Assembly: GCA_049598335.1 (NCBI GenBank)
Contig: JBMYNN010000001.1
Location: forward strand, 16,083 to 80,082
Length of the DNA stretch: 64,000 nucleotides
Source of the DNA: Flavobacteriaceae bacterium
GTDB taxonomy: Bacteria > Bacteroidota > Bacteroidia > Flavobacteriales > Flavobacteriaceae
Direction of reading: 5' to 3'
Shown here in pieces: positions 1 to 11,445 of this stretch. Made by a program: the position numbers and the translations under genes. The first letter of the stretch is position 1. Each line of letters starts with the position of its first letter. A model generated the notes under the pieces. It was not told the origin of the DNA and searched no databases. It saw nothing but the letters and a program-made list of their open reading frames with translations.

Positions 1-143
1 TTTAAAACCCTTTGAAAGCGTTTTAAACTATCTTTGCGGTAAGAAACATCCTTAGTTTGTTGGGTCTTAAAAAATGCTAGATGATTTTTATGAATTTCTT
101 GAATTTCCATTTCGTCTTTTATTAAACTCTGAAAAATAGACAT
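1..143 (-). CDS. aldehyde dehydrogenase family protein, N-terminal fragment (gene continues beyond the left window edge)
   Basis: A reverse-strand ATG at 143..141 opens a frame that runs off the edge: MSIFQSLIKDEMEIQEIHKNHLAFFKTQQTKDVSYRKDSLKRFQRVL. The FF-x-T-x-x-T...YR...L pattern resembles the N-terminus of class-3-type aldehyde dehydrogenases. Only 47 codons are visible. Confidence 0.4.
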   Translation of the reverse strand, partial: MSIFQSLIKDEMEIQEIHKNHLAFFKTQQTKDVSYRKDSLKRFQRVL

Positions 144-348
144 CTTTTTTGATTAACAAACTAGTGTTGGCAGACTAATATTTAATCTAAGGCAATTAAA
201 TTCACTTAGACATCTGCGATTTATTAAATTTAAATAATTGATATTAAATAATTTAAAAATATAAATCCCCCTTTAGACATAAGGGTAAAAAATCTTTTTT
301 ACGTAGCTTCATTTTAAAGGATTTTAATTTAGTAAATCATTACAATTC

Positions 349-2022
349 ATGGAACTGAACAAATACAGCAAAGCCATCACTCAAGACCCCACCCAACCAG
401 CAGCACAAGCAATGTTGCATGCTATTGGTTTAACCGATGAAGACTTTAAAAAACCTTTGATAGGAATTGCGAGTACAGGTTATGAAGGTAATCCCTGTAA
501 TATGCATTTGAACGATCTATCTGTAGATATTAAAAAAGGGGTACAGGCAGCCGATTTTGTTGGTCTTATTTTTAACACCATTGGGGTAAGTGATGGAATT
601 TCAATGGGAACACCAGGAATGCGTTTTTCTTTGCCTTCTCGTGACGTGATTGCAGACTCAGTAGAAACTGTTGTTCAAGCCATGTCTTATGACGGAGTTG
701 TTACCGTAGTGGGTTGTGATAAAAACATGCCAGGTGCCCTAATGGCCATGTTGCGTTTAAATCGTCCTAGTATTCTAGTTTACGGAGGAACCATCGCTCC
801 AGGATGTCATAAAGATAAAAAGCTTGATGTTGTATCAGCTTTTGAAGCTTGGGGAGAAAAAGTAGCAGGTACAATCGACGAGAACGAATACAAAGAGGTT
901 GTGCGCAATGCTTGTCCAGGTGCAGGGGCTTGTGGTGGCATGTACACCGCTAATACTATGGCCTCTGCTATTGAAGCTTTAGGAATGGCCTTGCCCTATA
1001 ACTCTTCTAATCCAGCCGTTAGTCCTGATAAAAAAGTAGAATGTGAGCGAGTAGGAAGTGCCTTACGCCATTTGGTAGAGCAAGACCTAAAGCCAAAAGA
1101 TATCGTAACAAGAAAATCTTTGGAAAACGCCATTCGATTGATTGCTGTTTTAGGAGGGTCAACAAATGCCGTCTTGCACTTTTTGGCTATAGCCAAAGCG
1201 GCCGAAATTGAATTTACTATAGACGATTTCCAAGCCATTATGGACAAAACTCCTTTCCTTGCTGATTTAAAGCCTAGCGGAAAATACCTGATGGAAGACC
1301 TGCACAATGTAGGTGGTGTCCCAGCAGTATTGAAGTTTATGTTAGAAGAAGGTATGTTACACGGGGATTGTTTAACCGTTACCGGTAAAACCCTTGCAGA
1401 AAATTTAGCGGAAGTTTATTCCTTAAAAGGAGGACAAGAGATTATTCGTCCAGTTGCTAATCCCATCAAAGAAACGGGGCACATTAGAATCCTCAAAGGG
1501 AACCTTGCCGAGGAAGGTTCAGTGGCAAAAATCACTGGGAAAGAAGGACTCTCTTTCAAAGGCCCAGCACGTGTTTTTAACAGTGAGTATGCTGCGAATG
1601 ATGGTATCAGAAATGGCTTAGTACAAAAAGGTGAAGTTGTGGTGATTCGTTATGAAGGACCCAAAGGAGGACCTGGAATGCCAGAAATGTTAAAGCCTAC
1701 CGCTGCTATTATGGGAGCTGGTCTTGGAAATGATGTTGCACTAATTACCGATGGACGTTTCTCTGGTGGAACCCATGGTTTTGTGGTGGGTCATATCGTT
1801 CCAGAAGCTCAAGCTGGTGGAGCTATTGCACTAGTTCAAGATGGTGATATCATTGAAATTAACGCAGAAAAAAATACCCTAGAAGTACATTTAAGCGAAG
1901 CAGAATTAAAAGCGCGAAAATCCAACTGGAAAGCACCTGAGTTAAAATTTTCAAGCGGAGTACTTTATAAATACATCAAAAATGTTTCCACGGCCTCTGA
2001 AGGTTGTGTGACAGACGAATAA
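349..2022 (+). CDS. ilvD: dihydroxy-acid dehydratase
   Basis: 557-aa ORF with IlvD/Edd hallmarks: [39 protein letters not shown]. It is the first gene of an ilv cluster. Confidence 0.95.
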   Translation: MELNKYSKAITQDPTQPAAQAMLHAIGLTDEDFKKPLIGIASTGYEGNPCNMHLNDLSVDIKKGVQAADFVGLIFNTIGVSDGISMGTPGMRFSLPSRDVIADSVETVVQAMSYDGVVTVVGCDKNMPGALMAMLRLNRPSILVYGGTIAPGCHKDKKLDVVSAFEAWGEKVAGTIDENEYKEVVRNACPGAGACGGMYTANTMASAIEALGMALPYNSSNPAVSPDKKVECERVGSALRHLVEQDLKPKDIVTRKSLENAIRLIAVLGGSTNAVLHFLAIAKAAEIEFTIDDFQAIMDKTPFLADLKPSGKYLMEDLHNVGGVPAVLKFMLEEGMLHGDCLTVTGKTLAENLAEVYSLKGGQEIIRPVANPIKETGHIRILKGNLAEEGSVAKITGKEGLSFKGPARVFNSEYAANDGIRNGLVQKGEVVVIRYEGPKGGPGMPEMLKPTAAIMGAGLGNDVALITDGRFSGGTHGFVVGHIVPEAQAGGAIALVQDGDIIEINAEKNTLEVHLSEAELKARKSNWKAPELKFSSGVLYKYIKNVSTASEGCVTDE

Positions 2023-2026
2023 TTTT

Positions 2027-3730
2027 ATGGAAAAACAAACTCCCTTACACATTTCAGGGGCAGAGGCCGTTATTCGATGCTTGTTAGCCGAAGGAGCTGA
2101 CTTAATCTATGGTTACCCAGGTGGGGCAATTATGCCCATCTATGATGAGTTGTACAAGTTTAGTGATCAATTGCGCCATGTTTTAACCCGTCATGAACAA
2201 GGGGCGACCCATGCAGCCCAGGGTTTTGCACGTACTTCTGGTAAAGTGGGTGTTGCCATGGCCACTTCTGGACCTGGGGCAACAAATCTAGTAACGGGTA
2301 TCGCAGATGCCCAAATAGATTCTACGCCAATGGTTTGTATCACGGGACAGGTAGCGTCTCATTTATTGGGTTCAGATGCGTTCCAAGAAACAGATATCAT
2401 TGGAATTTCTACACCAGTAACAAAATGGAATTATCAAATAACTAAGGCCAGTGAAATCCCAGAGATCATGGCGAAGGCTTTTTATATCGCACGTTCTGGT
2501 CGTCCAGGACCCGTATTAATAGATATCACCAAAGACGCACAATTTGAAATGTTTGATTTTTCATATGAGAAATGTAAAGGGGTGCGTTCTTATCAACCCG
2601 CACCTCCACTTCAATTGGACCAAGTTGAAGCTGCCGCAAAAGTAATTAACGCTGCGAAAAAACCCATGATTGTATGGGGTCAAGGGGTTATTTTAGGCGA
2701 AGCCGAAGAAGAATTTAAAGCATTTGTTGAAAATTCTGGGATCCCAGCAGTTTGGACAATCTTGGGCTTATCTGCTCTTCCAACAAAACATCCTTTAAAT
2801 ATGGGAATGGTAGGGATGCACGGGAATTATGGTCCTAACTTATTAACCAATGAATGCGATGTTTTAATCGCTATTGGAATGCGCTTTGACGATCGTGTGA
2901 CAGGAAATTTAGCCACTTATGCAAAGCAGGCACAAGTAGTTCACCTTGAAATCGATCCCGCTGAAATAAGTAAAAATGTACACGCCCATTATCCTGTTTT
3001 AGGAGACTGTAAGAAGAGTTTATCTGCCTTAACTCCTTTAGTGGAATACAAAGAACTCACCGAATGGAAGGCGCAATTCGATAACCATATGGCGACAGAG
3101 TACGAAAAGGTGATTAAAGAGGATACTCAACCCACTAAAGAGGGTTTGACCATGGGAGAAGCGATTGCTTCAATCAACAAGCACACTGGTGGGGATGCTG
3201 TTATTGTTACAGATGTTGGCCAGCACCAAATGATTGCTTGTCGCTATGCTGAGTTTATTCGCTCTAAAAGTAACGTTACCTCTGGTGGTTTAGGCACAAT
3301 GGGCTTTGCTTTGCCCGCTGCAATTGGTGCTAAAATGGGGGCAGAAGACCGCCATGTAGTCGCTGTAATTGGAGATGGAGGGTACCAAATGACCATTCAA
3401 GAATTAGGAACTATTTTCCAAACAGGGACAGCCGTTAAAATCGTTGTCTTAAACAACGACTATTTAGGGATGGTGCGTCAATGGCAACAATTGTTTTTTG
3501 ACAAGCGTTATGCTTCAACAGAAATGACTAACCCAGATTTTGTAACTATTGCAAAAGGCTACCACATAGCCGCAAAACGCGTGACTAAAAGAGAAGAACT
3601 CGATCAAGCAGTTAGTGAGATGATTGCTTCAGATAAGCCTTACTTTTTAGAAGTTTGCGTTGAAAAAGAAGATAATGTATTCCCGATGATTCCTTCTGGT
3701 GCTTCGGTATCAGATATAAGACTACAATAA
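2027..3730 (+). CDS. ilvB: acetolactate (acetohydroxy-acid) synthase large catalytic subunit
   Basis: 567 aa with thiamine-diphosphate enzyme motifs: GYPGGAIMPIYD, GLGTMGFALPAAIGA, GDGGYQMTIQELGT. It starts 4 nt after the ilvD stop. Confidence 0.93.
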   Translation: MEKQTPLHISGAEAVIRCLLAEGADLIYGYPGGAIMPIYDELYKFSDQLRHVLTRHEQGATHAAQGFARTSGKVGVAMATSGPGATNLVTGIADAQIDSTPMVCITGQVASHLLGSDAFQETDIIGISTPVTKWNYQITKASEIPEIMAKAFYIARSGRPGPVLIDITKDAQFEMFDFSYEKCKGVRSYQPAPPLQLDQVEAAAKVINAAKKPMIVWGQGVILGEAEEEFKAFVENSGIPAVWTILGLSALPTKHPLNMGMVGMHGNYGPNLLTNECDVLIAIGMRFDDRVTGNLATYAKQAQVVHLEIDPAEISKNVHAHYPVLGDCKKSLSALTPLVEYKELTEWKAQFDNHMATEYEKVIKEDTQPTKEGLTMGEAIASINKHTGGDAVIVTDVGQHQMIACRYAEFIRSKSNVTSGGLGTMGFALPAAIGAKMGAEDRHVVAVIGDGGYQMTIQELGTIFQTGTAVKIVVLNNDYLGMVRQWQQLFFDKRYASTEMTNPDFVTIAKGYHIAAKRVTKREELDQAVSEMIASDKPYFLEVCVEKEDNVFPMIPSGASVSDIRLQ

Positions 3731-4269
3731 TGAGTGATATTAACCGATATACCATTTCGATTTATTCTGAAAACAATGTTGGTTTACTCAACCGTGTTTC
3801 TGCAATTTTTTTAAAACGTCATATAAATATTTATAGCTTCTCTACTTCGCAATCAGAAATACAAGATGTTTTTCGCTTTGTCATTGTTGTAAAGGTTACC
3901 GAAGAGCAGGTGAAAAAACTCGTCCAGCAAATCGAAAAACAAGTAGATGTTATCAAAGCCTACTACCACACAGACGAGGAAACAATTTTTATGGAGTCGG
4001 CATTGTATAAAGTAAAATCGAGCTATTTATTTGAAGAACGTCAAATTCAAAACATCATCAAAGAAAGCCATGCGAATATTGTAACGGTCTCTCCAGAGTT
4101 TTTTGTGATTGCCAAAACAGGTTTCCGTCATGAAACAGAAAAACTACGTCAAGACCTAAAACCTTTTGGTTTATTGCAGTTTGTTCGCTCTGGGAGAATA
4201 TCCGTTACAAAGGCTACCATGGGCATTTCAGAAATATTAAATAATTCTAACAACCAAAACAACGACTAA
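3730..4269 (+). CDS. ilvN: acetolactate synthase small regulatory subunit
   Basis: 179 aa with an ACT-like N-terminus ([28 protein letters not shown]). Its ATG overlaps the ilvB stop (TAATG). Confidence 0.85.
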   Translation: MSDINRYTISIYSENNVGLLNRVSAIFLKRHINIYSFSTSQSEIQDVFRFVIVVKVTEEQVKKLVQQIEKQVDVIKAYYHTDEETIFMESALYKVKSSYLFEERQIQNIIKESHANIVTVSPEFFVIAKTGFRHETEKLRQDLKPFGLLQFVRSGRISVTKATMGISEILNNSNNQNND

Positions 4270-4279
4270 ACTACACACA

Positions 4280-5755
4280 ATGGCTAATTATTTTAATCAA
4301 CTATCATTACGCGATCAACTAGAGCAACTAGGACAATGTCGCTTTATGAATGCTTCAGAATTTGACAATGGAATCAAAGCACTAGAAGGGAAGAAAATCG
4401 TTATTGTGGGCTGTGGTGCACAAGGGTTAAATCAAGGTTTAAACATGCGCGATTCTGGTTTAGATATTTCATATGCTTTACGTCAAGGAGCCATTGATCA
4501 AAAAAGAGCCTCTTTTAAAAATGCTTCTGAGAATAACTTTGCTGTAGGAAGTTATGAAGATATGATCCCTACTGCAGACATTGTGATCAACCTTACGCCA
4601 GACAAAAATCACACTTCTGTGGTTAAGGCAGTAATGCCTTTAATGAAAAAAGGGGCGACTTTATCTTATTCTCACGGGTTTAATATCGTTGAAGAAGGAA
4701 CACAAATTCGCGAAGACTTAACCGTAATCATGGTTGCTCCTAAGTGTCCAGGTTCTGAAGTACGTGAAGAATATAAAAGAGGTTTTGGTGTACCTACCTT
4801 AATTGCTGTGCACCCAGAGAATGACCCTCAAGGACATGGTTTAGATCAAGCAAAAGCATATGCAGTTGCTACTGGAGGTCACCGTGCCGGTGTTTTAGAA
4901 TCTTCTTTTGTTGCAGAGGTAAAATCTGATTTAATGGGAGAGCAAACCATTTTATGTGGGGTACTTCAAACAGGATCAATTTTATGTTTTGATAAAATGG
5001 TTGAAAAAGGTATTGATCCTGCTTATGCAGCCAAATTGATTCAGTATGGTTGGGAAACCATTACCGAGGCGTTAAAGCACGGTGGCATTACTAACATGAT
5101 GGATCGACTATCTAATCCCGCTAAAGTTAAAGCCTTTGAATTGTCAGAGCAATTAAAAGAAATCATGGCGCCATTATTCCACAAACATATGGATGATATC
5201 ATGTCAGGCCATTTTTCCAAAACTATGATGGAAGATTGGGCAAACGATGATAAAAACCTTTTAGGATGGAGAGCGGCCACTGGAGAGACTGCTTTTGAAA
5301 AAACTGCGCCTACAACTGATGAGATTTCAGAGCAAGAATACTTTGATCATGGAGTATTAATGGTAGCCTTTGTTCGTGCAGGAGTAGAATTAGCCTTTGA
5401 CACTATGGTCGCTGCTGGAATCAAAGAAGAATCTGCTTACTACGAATCATTACACGAAACCCCATTAATAGCGAACACCATTGCACGTAAAAAATTATTC
5501 GAAATGAATCGCGTCATTTCTGATACAGCAGAATACGGGTGTTATTTATTCGATCATGCTTGTAAGCCATTACTAGTGGACTTTATGAAAGGAATTGATA
5601 CAGATGTTATCGGGAAAGCTTATGCTCCCGAAGCTGGAAATGGAGTGGATAATAAACAATTGATAGATATCAACGAAGTGATCCGTTTTCACCCCATCGA
5701 AATGATTGGATATGAGTTACGAGATTCCATGACTGCAATGAAGAAAATAGTCTAA
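4280..5755 (+). CDS. ilvC: ketol-acid reductoisomerase, long class II form
   Basis: 491 aa with the Rossmann motif [17 protein letters not shown]. The length fits the duplicated-knot class II type. Confidence 0.93.
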   Translation: MANYFNQLSLRDQLEQLGQCRFMNASEFDNGIKALEGKKIVIVGCGAQGLNQGLNMRDSGLDISYALRQGAIDQKRASFKNASENNFAVGSYEDMIPTADIVINLTPDKNHTSVVKAVMPLMKKGATLSYSHGFNIVEEGTQIREDLTVIMVAPKCPGSEVREEYKRGFGVPTLIAVHPENDPQGHGLDQAKAYAVATGGHRAGVLESSFVAEVKSDLMGEQTILCGVLQTGSILCFDKMVEKGIDPAYAAKLIQYGWETITEALKHGGITNMMDRLSNPAKVKAFELSEQLKEIMAPLFHKHMDDIMSGHFSKTMMEDWANDDKNLLGWRAATGETAFEKTAPTTDEISEQEYFDHGVLMVAFVRAGVELAFDTMVAAGIKEESAYYESLHETPLIANTIARKKLFEMNRVISDTAEYGCYLFDHACKPLLVDFMKGIDTDVIGKAYAPEAGNGVDNKQLIDINEVIRFHPIEMIGYELRDSMTAMKKIV

Positions 5756-5756
5756 T

Positions 5757-7004
5757 ATGAAACGACCAAGTGTTGAAGGCGCTCTAGCAGCTCAAACTCG
5801 ATTAAAAGAGGTTGCGCTGGTTACTCCCTTTCAAAACTTGGCTCGTTTTTCATCTTTGATAGAGGGAGAAGTTTTTGCTAAACGAGAAGACTTACAACAG
5901 GTGCGCTCTTTTAAAATTAGAGGCGCCTTTAATAAAATACTTACCCTTAAAGAAGCAGAGCGCAGCAAAGGCATTGTTTGTGCAAGTGCAGGGAATCATG
6001 CGCAAGGCTTTGCCTTTTCTTGTAAAGCTTTAAAGATAAAAGGGACGGTTTTCATGCCACTACCAACTCCCCAACAAAAGATTGATCAAGTTCGTATGTT
6101 TGGCGGGGAACACATAGAAATATCTTTAGCAGGAGATACTTACGATGACGCCCATAAAGCGGCCTTACATTTTCAGCAAGAGCATCAATCTGTATTTATT
6201 CATCCCTTTGATGATAAAGAAGTGATTGAGGGGCAAGCGACCATTGCTTTAGAGATTTTGGCACAAATCAAACAACCCTTAGACTACCTTTTAGTTCCCG
6301 TTGGTGGGGGTGGATTGATTTCAGGGATTTTGACGGTATTTAAGGCAAAATCTCCACAAACAAAAATTATAGGGGTAGAACCTGCTGGAGCACCTTCTCT
6401 AGCTACTTCTTTAAAAAACAAAGTTAACATCCGTCTTAACCAGATCGATAAATTTGTCGATGGTGCTGCTGTTCAAAGGGTAGGAGACCTTTGTTTTTCT
6501 ATCTGCAAAGACTTAATTGATGACTGTATCTCTGTTGCCGAGGGTCGTATTTGTCAAGAAATTCTTGATTTATACAATAAGGAAGGAATTGTGGTAGAGC
6601 CTGCTGGGGCTATTTCTTTGGCCGCTCTAGCACAATATAAAGATCAGTTGAAAGGCAAACGTGTTGGAACCCTTATTTGTGGAGGGAATAACGATATTAC
6701 CCGTACCCCAGAAATTAAAGAAAGAGCACTCTTACACGCTAAGCTGAAACATTATTTTATTGTGCGTTTTCCTCAACGTGCTGGTGCCTTAAAAGAGTTT
6801 GTCAACGAAATTATTGGTCCAAATGATGATATTACTTTTTTTGAGTATTCCAAAAAGAATAGTAGGGTGAATGCCCCTGCAGTAGTGGGAATCGAACTTA
6901 AAAGTGAATTAGATTTTAGTCCTTTAATTGAACGTATGAAAGCCAAAGATTTCTATGGAGATTATCTCAATGAAAAACCAGATCTCTTCCAGTATTTGGT
7001 GTAA
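5757..7004 (+). CDS. ilvA: threonine ammonia-lyase (biosynthetic threonine dehydratase)
   Basis: 415 aa with the PLP-lysine motif SFKIRGA, a GGGGLISG loop and one C-terminal regulatory domain. It starts 1 nt after the ilvC stop. Confidence 0.88.
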   Translation: MKRPSVEGALAAQTRLKEVALVTPFQNLARFSSLIEGEVFAKREDLQQVRSFKIRGAFNKILTLKEAERSKGIVCASAGNHAQGFAFSCKALKIKGTVFMPLPTPQQKIDQVRMFGGEHIEISLAGDTYDDAHKAALHFQQEHQSVFIHPFDDKEVIEGQATIALEILAQIKQPLDYLLVPVGGGGLISGILTVFKAKSPQTKIIGVEPAGAPSLATSLKNKVNIRLNQIDKFVDGAAVQRVGDLCFSICKDLIDDCISVAEGRICQEILDLYNKEGIVVEPAGAISLAALAQYKDQLKGKRVGTLICGGNNDITRTPEIKERALLHAKLKHYFIVRFPQRAGALKEFVNEIIGPNDDITFFEYSKKNSRVNAPAVVGIELKSELDFSPLIERMKAKDFYGDYLNEKPDLFQYLV

Positions 7005-8429
7005 TTAAAAGACTAGTGGTATCACGAAACGATACATTAAAATCAACAGTACTACTGCAATCAGATTGATAAATATCCCCACACGGGCCATTTGGGCTAC
7101 CTTGACATAACCACTGGCAAAAACAATCGCATTAGGTGGAGTCGCCATGGGTAACATAAAGGCACAACTACTGGCCATGGTTACTGGAATGAGTACATAT
7201 AAAAGTGGAATTTCAAGCCCAATAGCTATTCCAGCAACTACAGGAGCTAATACGGCAACAAGCGCAACATTACTCATTAACTCTGTCATAAAAAGCATTA
7301 AGATAATCAACAGGGAAACGGTGAATAATACATTTAAGTTGGCATTCGCAATTCCATCGGTAATCAAAGAAACAATACCCGTGGCAGACATACCTTTAGC
7401 CAAAGCCAGCCCACCTCCAAAGAGAATTAAAATTCCCCAGGCTAAACGAGAGGTATCTTCCCACTTTAAAATAAACATCCCTTTTTTAAATTGATGCGGA
7501 ATCGAAAATAAAGCTATAGCACAACCTACACTAATAATAGTGTCAGACAGACCTAAACTAGGAAAGAAAGAGTTGATTAAAGTGCGAAATACCCATAAAA
7601 AAACGGTGACAGCAAAGATGCGTAAAACATGTTTTTCTTGGGGACTTGTGGGGCCTAGATCAGTTAATTTTTGTGCGATAAGTGCGTTAGAAGAAGTAAA
7701 TTCAATCCCCTTATTAGGAAACATCCAGCGGGTTAACACCAAGTAAATAATCCCAATCATTGTAGCAGAAAACGGCAGGCCAATCAACATCCACTTTAAA
7801 AAGGATATCTCCATATTGTATTCATTTTCTAATAGCCCTATTAAAACCGAATTAGGAGGTGTTCCAATCACTGTAGCAATTCCCCCTGCATTAGCCGAGA
7901 AGGCAATTCCTAGCATGACAGAAAGTGAAAAATGACGTTCTTCTTTTGTAAACACTCCGTCACTTTGTACCAAGAGTTGGATTACAGACAGCGCGATGGG
8001 TAACATCACAACAGTACTAGCGGTATTAGAAATCCACATGCTCATAAAGGCTGTGGCGATCATAAACCCTAAAATAACACGATTTGGGGTGGTTCCTGTT
8101 TTATGGATAATGGTCAGCGCAATGCGCTTATGTAAATTCACCTTTTCTAAAGCCAAGGCCAAAACAAATCCCCCAAAGAAGAGAAAGACAATCGAACTCC
8201 CATAATTTGCTCCCACTTCGTTCATAGACATAATGTCAAAGAGCGGAAAGATGACCAGTGGAAGTAAGGCAGTCACAGAGATCGATACCGCTTCTGTAAT
8301 CCACCAGCAAACCATCCAGGCCGCTAAGGCGATAACAGTGATTGCCTGAGATGAAAGCCCGTCTAAGTTTAAAAACTGTAAAAGAATAAAAAAGCTAGGA
8401 CCTAATATAAGACCGATTTGTTTGCCCAT
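7005..8429 (-). CDS. DASS/SLC13-family sodium:anion symporter (sulfate or di/tricarboxylate type)
   Basis: 474-aa polytopic membrane protein with duplicated hairpin motifs (WISNTASTVVMLPI and ATPPNAIVFA). Confidence 0.8.
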   Translation of the reverse strand: MGKQIGLILGPSFFILLQFLNLDGLSSQAITVIALAAWMVCWWITEAVSISVTALLPLVIFPLFDIMSMNEVGANYGSSIVFLFFGGFVLALALEKVNLHKRIALTIIHKTGTTPNRVILGFMIATAFMSMWISNTASTVVMLPIALSVIQLLVQSDGVFTKEERHFSLSVMLGIAFSANAGGIATVIGTPPNSVLIGLLENEYNMEISFLKWMLIGLPFSATMIGIIYLVLTRWMFPNKGIEFTSSNALIAQKLTDLGPTSPQEKHVLRIFAVTVFLWVFRTLINSFFPSLGLSDTIISVGCAIALFSIPHQFKKGMFILKWEDTSRLAWGILILFGGGLALAKGMSATGIVSLITDGIANANLNVLFTVSLLIILMLFMTELMSNVALVAVLAPVVAGIAIGLEIPLLYVLIPVTMASSCAFMLPMATPPNAIVFASGYVKVAQMARVGIFINLIAVVLLILMYRFVIPLVF

Positions 8430-8574
8430 GGTGCGTTTATTTTGTTAAATATAATTGATTTTCTCTTTTTTATTCTGTAATTCATTCTTTCAATTAATCA
8501 AAATAGACTGTTGATTACAGAGCCATTACACTTTAATTGTTTAACTTTATAACAAAAAAAATAAACAGATATTT

Positions 8575-10179
8575 ATGGAAACGACGCAAAATCTAAAAAT
8601 TGATGCTTCGGTTCGCTTTGAAGAACCCATTCATTGCACACAATACTTAGTCGATGGAGAATTGAAAAGCTGGGAGGGAGGAACATCAGAAGTGTTTTCA
8701 ACCATCTATACAGAGAATAGTAAAGGGCAAGTAGGGCCAACACTTTTAGGTTCGATTCCAGATATGGAAACAGATGCCGCTTTAGATGCTTTAAATGCCG
8801 CTGAAAAAGCATTTAATAGAGGTCAAGGCGCATGGCCCACCATGAAGGTGAAAGATCGTCTAAAATGTCTTGAAATCTTTGCTGCAAAAATGCAAGAACA
8901 TCGCGAAGAGGTTGTTAAACTATTGATGTGGGAGATCGCTAAAAATAAAGCCGATTCATACAAAGAATTTGATCGTACGGTCGCTTATATCTATGATACC
9001 ATAGAGGCCTATAAAAAATTAGATCGAAAGAGTGCTAAGTTTGACAAGCAGGCGGGAATACACGCCCATATTCGTCGAGGTCCACTAGGTGTTGTTTTGT
9101 GTTTAGGGCCTTATAACTATCCACTCAACGAAACTTTTTGTTTGTTGATTCCTGCGATCATCATGGGGAATACTGCCATCTTTAAACCGGCAAAACACGG
9201 AGTATTATTAATCACTCCTTTATTAAAGGCTTTTCATGAGAGTTTTCCTCCTGGGGTGGTAAACATTGTTTTTGGTCGTGGGCGTAAGATTGCTTCTCCC
9301 ATTATGCAAACAGGGAAAATTGATGTACTGGCCTTAATTGGCCATTCCTCTTCGGCGGTAGCCTTACAAGATTTGCACCCTAATAAAAACAGATTGCGAT
9401 TGGTCCTTGGGCTTGAAGCTAAAAACCCTGGGATTATTTTACCCGATGCAGATTTAGACTTGACTATTAAAGAGTGTATCTCTGGGACATTATCGTATAA
9501 CGGACAACGCTGTACGGCTTTAAAAATGTTGTTTGTACACGAATCTATCATAGATGAATTTAATGCGCGTTTTGCTAAGGCGGTCGATGCGTTAAAGTTT
9601 GGTTTACCTTGGGAAGAAGGTGCATTCTTAACCCCGCTTCCAGAGCCCAGTAAGCCCGCTTATATTCAAGATTTAATTAAAGATGCTAAAGCCAAAGGGG
9701 CTAAAGTAATCAATAAAAAAGGGGGACGATTGACCCACAATTATTCCTTTCCAGCTGTTTTATACCCTGTGACCAGTGAAATGGATGTTTATCACGAAGA
9801 GCAGTTTGGACCAGTAGTCCCGGTTATGTCTTATAAAGATATCAATGAGCCTCTAGATGTGATGGCCGCTTCAGATTACGGGCAACAAGTCAGTTTATTT
9901 GGGCGTGATATTCGCAAGATTGGTCCATTAGTCGATGTATTAGCCAATCTAGTTTGTCGTGTAAACCTAAACTCTGCTTGCCAGCGGGGACCAGATGTTT
10001 ATCCTTTTACAGGAAGAAAAAATTCTGCAGTAAGTACTTTAAGTGTCTATGATGCACTGCGTTCTTTTTCTATCCGCACCTTTGTAGCGGCAAAAGATAA
10101 TTCTTATAATAACGAAATTTTAGACGCCTTAATGGATTCTAAGGATTCAAACTTTGTCAATACAGAATACTTACTCTAG
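8575..10179 (+). CDS. NADP-dependent aldehyde dehydrogenase, GapN-like (non-phosphorylating glyceraldehyde-3-phosphate dehydrogenase family)
   Basis: 534 aa in the ALDH superfamily, with a catalytic Cys context ([10 protein letters not shown]) and a Glu context ([11 protein letters not shown]). Confidence 0.7.
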   Translation: METTQNLKIDASVRFEEPIHCTQYLVDGELKSWEGGTSEVFSTIYTENSKGQVGPTLLGSIPDMETDAALDALNAAEKAFNRGQGAWPTMKVKDRLKCLEIFAAKMQEHREEVVKLLMWEIAKNKADSYKEFDRTVAYIYDTIEAYKKLDRKSAKFDKQAGIHAHIRRGPLGVVLCLGPYNYPLNETFCLLIPAIIMGNTAIFKPAKHGVLLITPLLKAFHESFPPGVVNIVFGRGRKIASPIMQTGKIDVLALIGHSSSAVALQDLHPNKNRLRLVLGLEAKNPGIILPDADLDLTIKECISGTLSYNGQRCTALKMLFVHESIIDEFNARFAKAVDALKFGLPWEEGAFLTPLPEPSKPAYIQDLIKDAKAKGAKVINKKGGRLTHNYSFPAVLYPVTSEMDVYHEEQFGPVVPVMSYKDINEPLDVMAASDYGQQVSLFGRDIRKIGPLVDVLANLVCRVNLNSACQRGPDVYPFTGRKNSAVSTLSVYDALRSFSIRTFVAAKDNSYNNEILDALMDSKDSNFVNTEYLL

Positions 10180-11445
10180 TTAAAAGAATTGGTCTATTCC
10201 AAAGACCAAGGATGAATTTTTAAAGCCGTCTAAGTTGATGCCATAATCAATTCTTAAGACGGCTTTATAAATGTATTTATGGATTAGCCATAAGCCGAAA
10301 CCACTGTATTGATATTGATTTTTACTAGCGAAAAGCGTGTTAAAAGATGTGTTGACAGGTTGAATTCCTGCTATGTCTAAAAAGGCATTTCCTTGTAAAG
10401 CAAACCAACCTTTTTCAAAAAGAGTATGACGGTACTCTGTATTGAGCGACCAATAGGCATTTCCGCGTTGGACTAGATTTCCCACTCCACGAACATTGCG
10501 GTTGTTATCTATGGCAAAAGGGGGGAAGGGGGAGTCAATATTTCTCACCAAACCCACCTGCATTCTAAAAGCGAGATTGCCAAAGGATTTAATTCGTTTA
10601 AAATAGCTGGTCTCATTTTCTAGAACATAAAAAGTATTGTTTTGTGTGATGGATTTCCCCCACAAATGAGTAGCATAAGTCTGACTGCGCCATCCACTTA
10701 AATGATAATAATGAGGTTGAATATAATCATAATTGTAGCCTAGTTTTCCAACTCCTTTTGTGGTAGAAAAATATTTTGGAATGGACGCTATTATTTCTCC
10801 TTCGTCAAATAAATAACGCTCGCCTATAATCCCGCTCCCAATCACTATTTTATGTTTTAAATTGAATTCTCTTCCCAGACTAAGATCCACACTTTGAAAA
10901 CGATAACGAAAGTTAGTATTGCTACCATCTATCCTAATAGGCTCAAGGGTTTCTAACTGTTGTGCCAATAATTTTAATTCTGTTCTAGCAGACATAAAAT
11001 TGTTATTTTCAACAATCAATCCAAAACCGGGGAAGTTATTATGGCGATAAAAAGCTCCCAAAGTATAACCTCTTCCGGCAAAATTATAATCTGTTAGTCC
11101 CAAGTGATAAGCAAAAGCATTGTTAACTGTTTGCCATAAATCAACCGCTGGAATAAGCGTTTTGTTTTCTTCTATATGATAGTTCAATCGATAGCTCCCA
11201 TTTGATAGAGTGTCAAATGTTGTATATGCATGGCTTACCGCAGGTTCTCGCAAAAGTATGATAAGGTCATTTTGTACTTTAATAGAATCATAGGGTTGAT
11301 CTTTTTTTTGCGTCAATAATCGTTTGAGATATTGTGGTTTACTTTTCTCTAAACCTTTAAAATCAATATGGATTAGCTGTTTCTCTTGGGCAAATCCTCG
11401 CCAGCATAATAGCAGTAGGAATAAGAACTTAATTGAATAACGCAC
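10180..11445 (-). CDS. outer-membrane protein with one POTRA-like domain plus a beta-barrel (BamA/TamA/ShlB-like superfamily), function unknown
   Basis: 421 aa. It has a signal peptide (MRYSIKFLFLLLLCWRGFAQ, GTG start at 11445) and an N-terminal about 80-aa POTRA-like segment (IDFKGLEKSKPQYLKRLL...YRLNYHIEE). The rest is aromatic-rich alternating sequence ending in ...GIDQFF, a beta-signal-like terminal Phe. Confidence 0.55.
   Translation of the reverse strand: MRYSIKFLFLLLLCWRGFAQEKQLIHIDFKGLEKSKPQYLKRLLTQKKDQPYDSIKVQNDLIILLREPAVSHAYTTFDTLSNGSYRLNYHIEENKTLIPAVDLWQTVNNAFAYHLGLTDYNFAGRGYTLGAFYRHNNFPGFGLIVENNNFMSARTELKLLAQQLETLEPIRIDGSNTNFRYRFQSVDLSLGREFNLKHKIVIGSGIIGERYLFDEGEIIASIPKYFSTTKGVGKLGYNYDYIQPHYYHLSGWRSQTYATHLWGKSITQNNTFYVLENETSYFKRIKSFGNLAFRMQVGLVRNIDSPFPPFAIDNNRNVRGVGNLVQRGNAYWSLNTEYRHTLFEKGWFALQGNAFLDIAGIQPVNTSFNTLFASKNQYQYSGFGLWLIHKYIYKAVLRIDYGINLDGFKNSSLVFGIDQFF

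Noticed and set aside
267-300. Possible attenuator hairpin plus T-run upstream of ilvD (CCCTT-TAGACAT-AAGGG followed by TAAAAAATCTTTTTT).
   Set aside because: It has only a 5-bp stem, the T-run is separated by an A-rich spacer, and there is no ATG or leader peptide ORF anywhere in 144-348. That is too weak to call a regulatory element.
996-1307. 103-aa reverse-strand ORF inside ilvD. The same class includes 5041-5280, 7147-7494, 7540-7746, 7996-8205, 9234-9551, 11826-12280, 12778-12972, 13537-13788, 14110-14325, 15180-15386, 15819-16028, 17192-17455 and 18329-18595.
   Set aside because: All lie entirely antisense to, or out of frame within, long ORFs that carry unmistakable family motifs. 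They have no independent start context and low-complexity or odd composition, so they are shadow ORFs.
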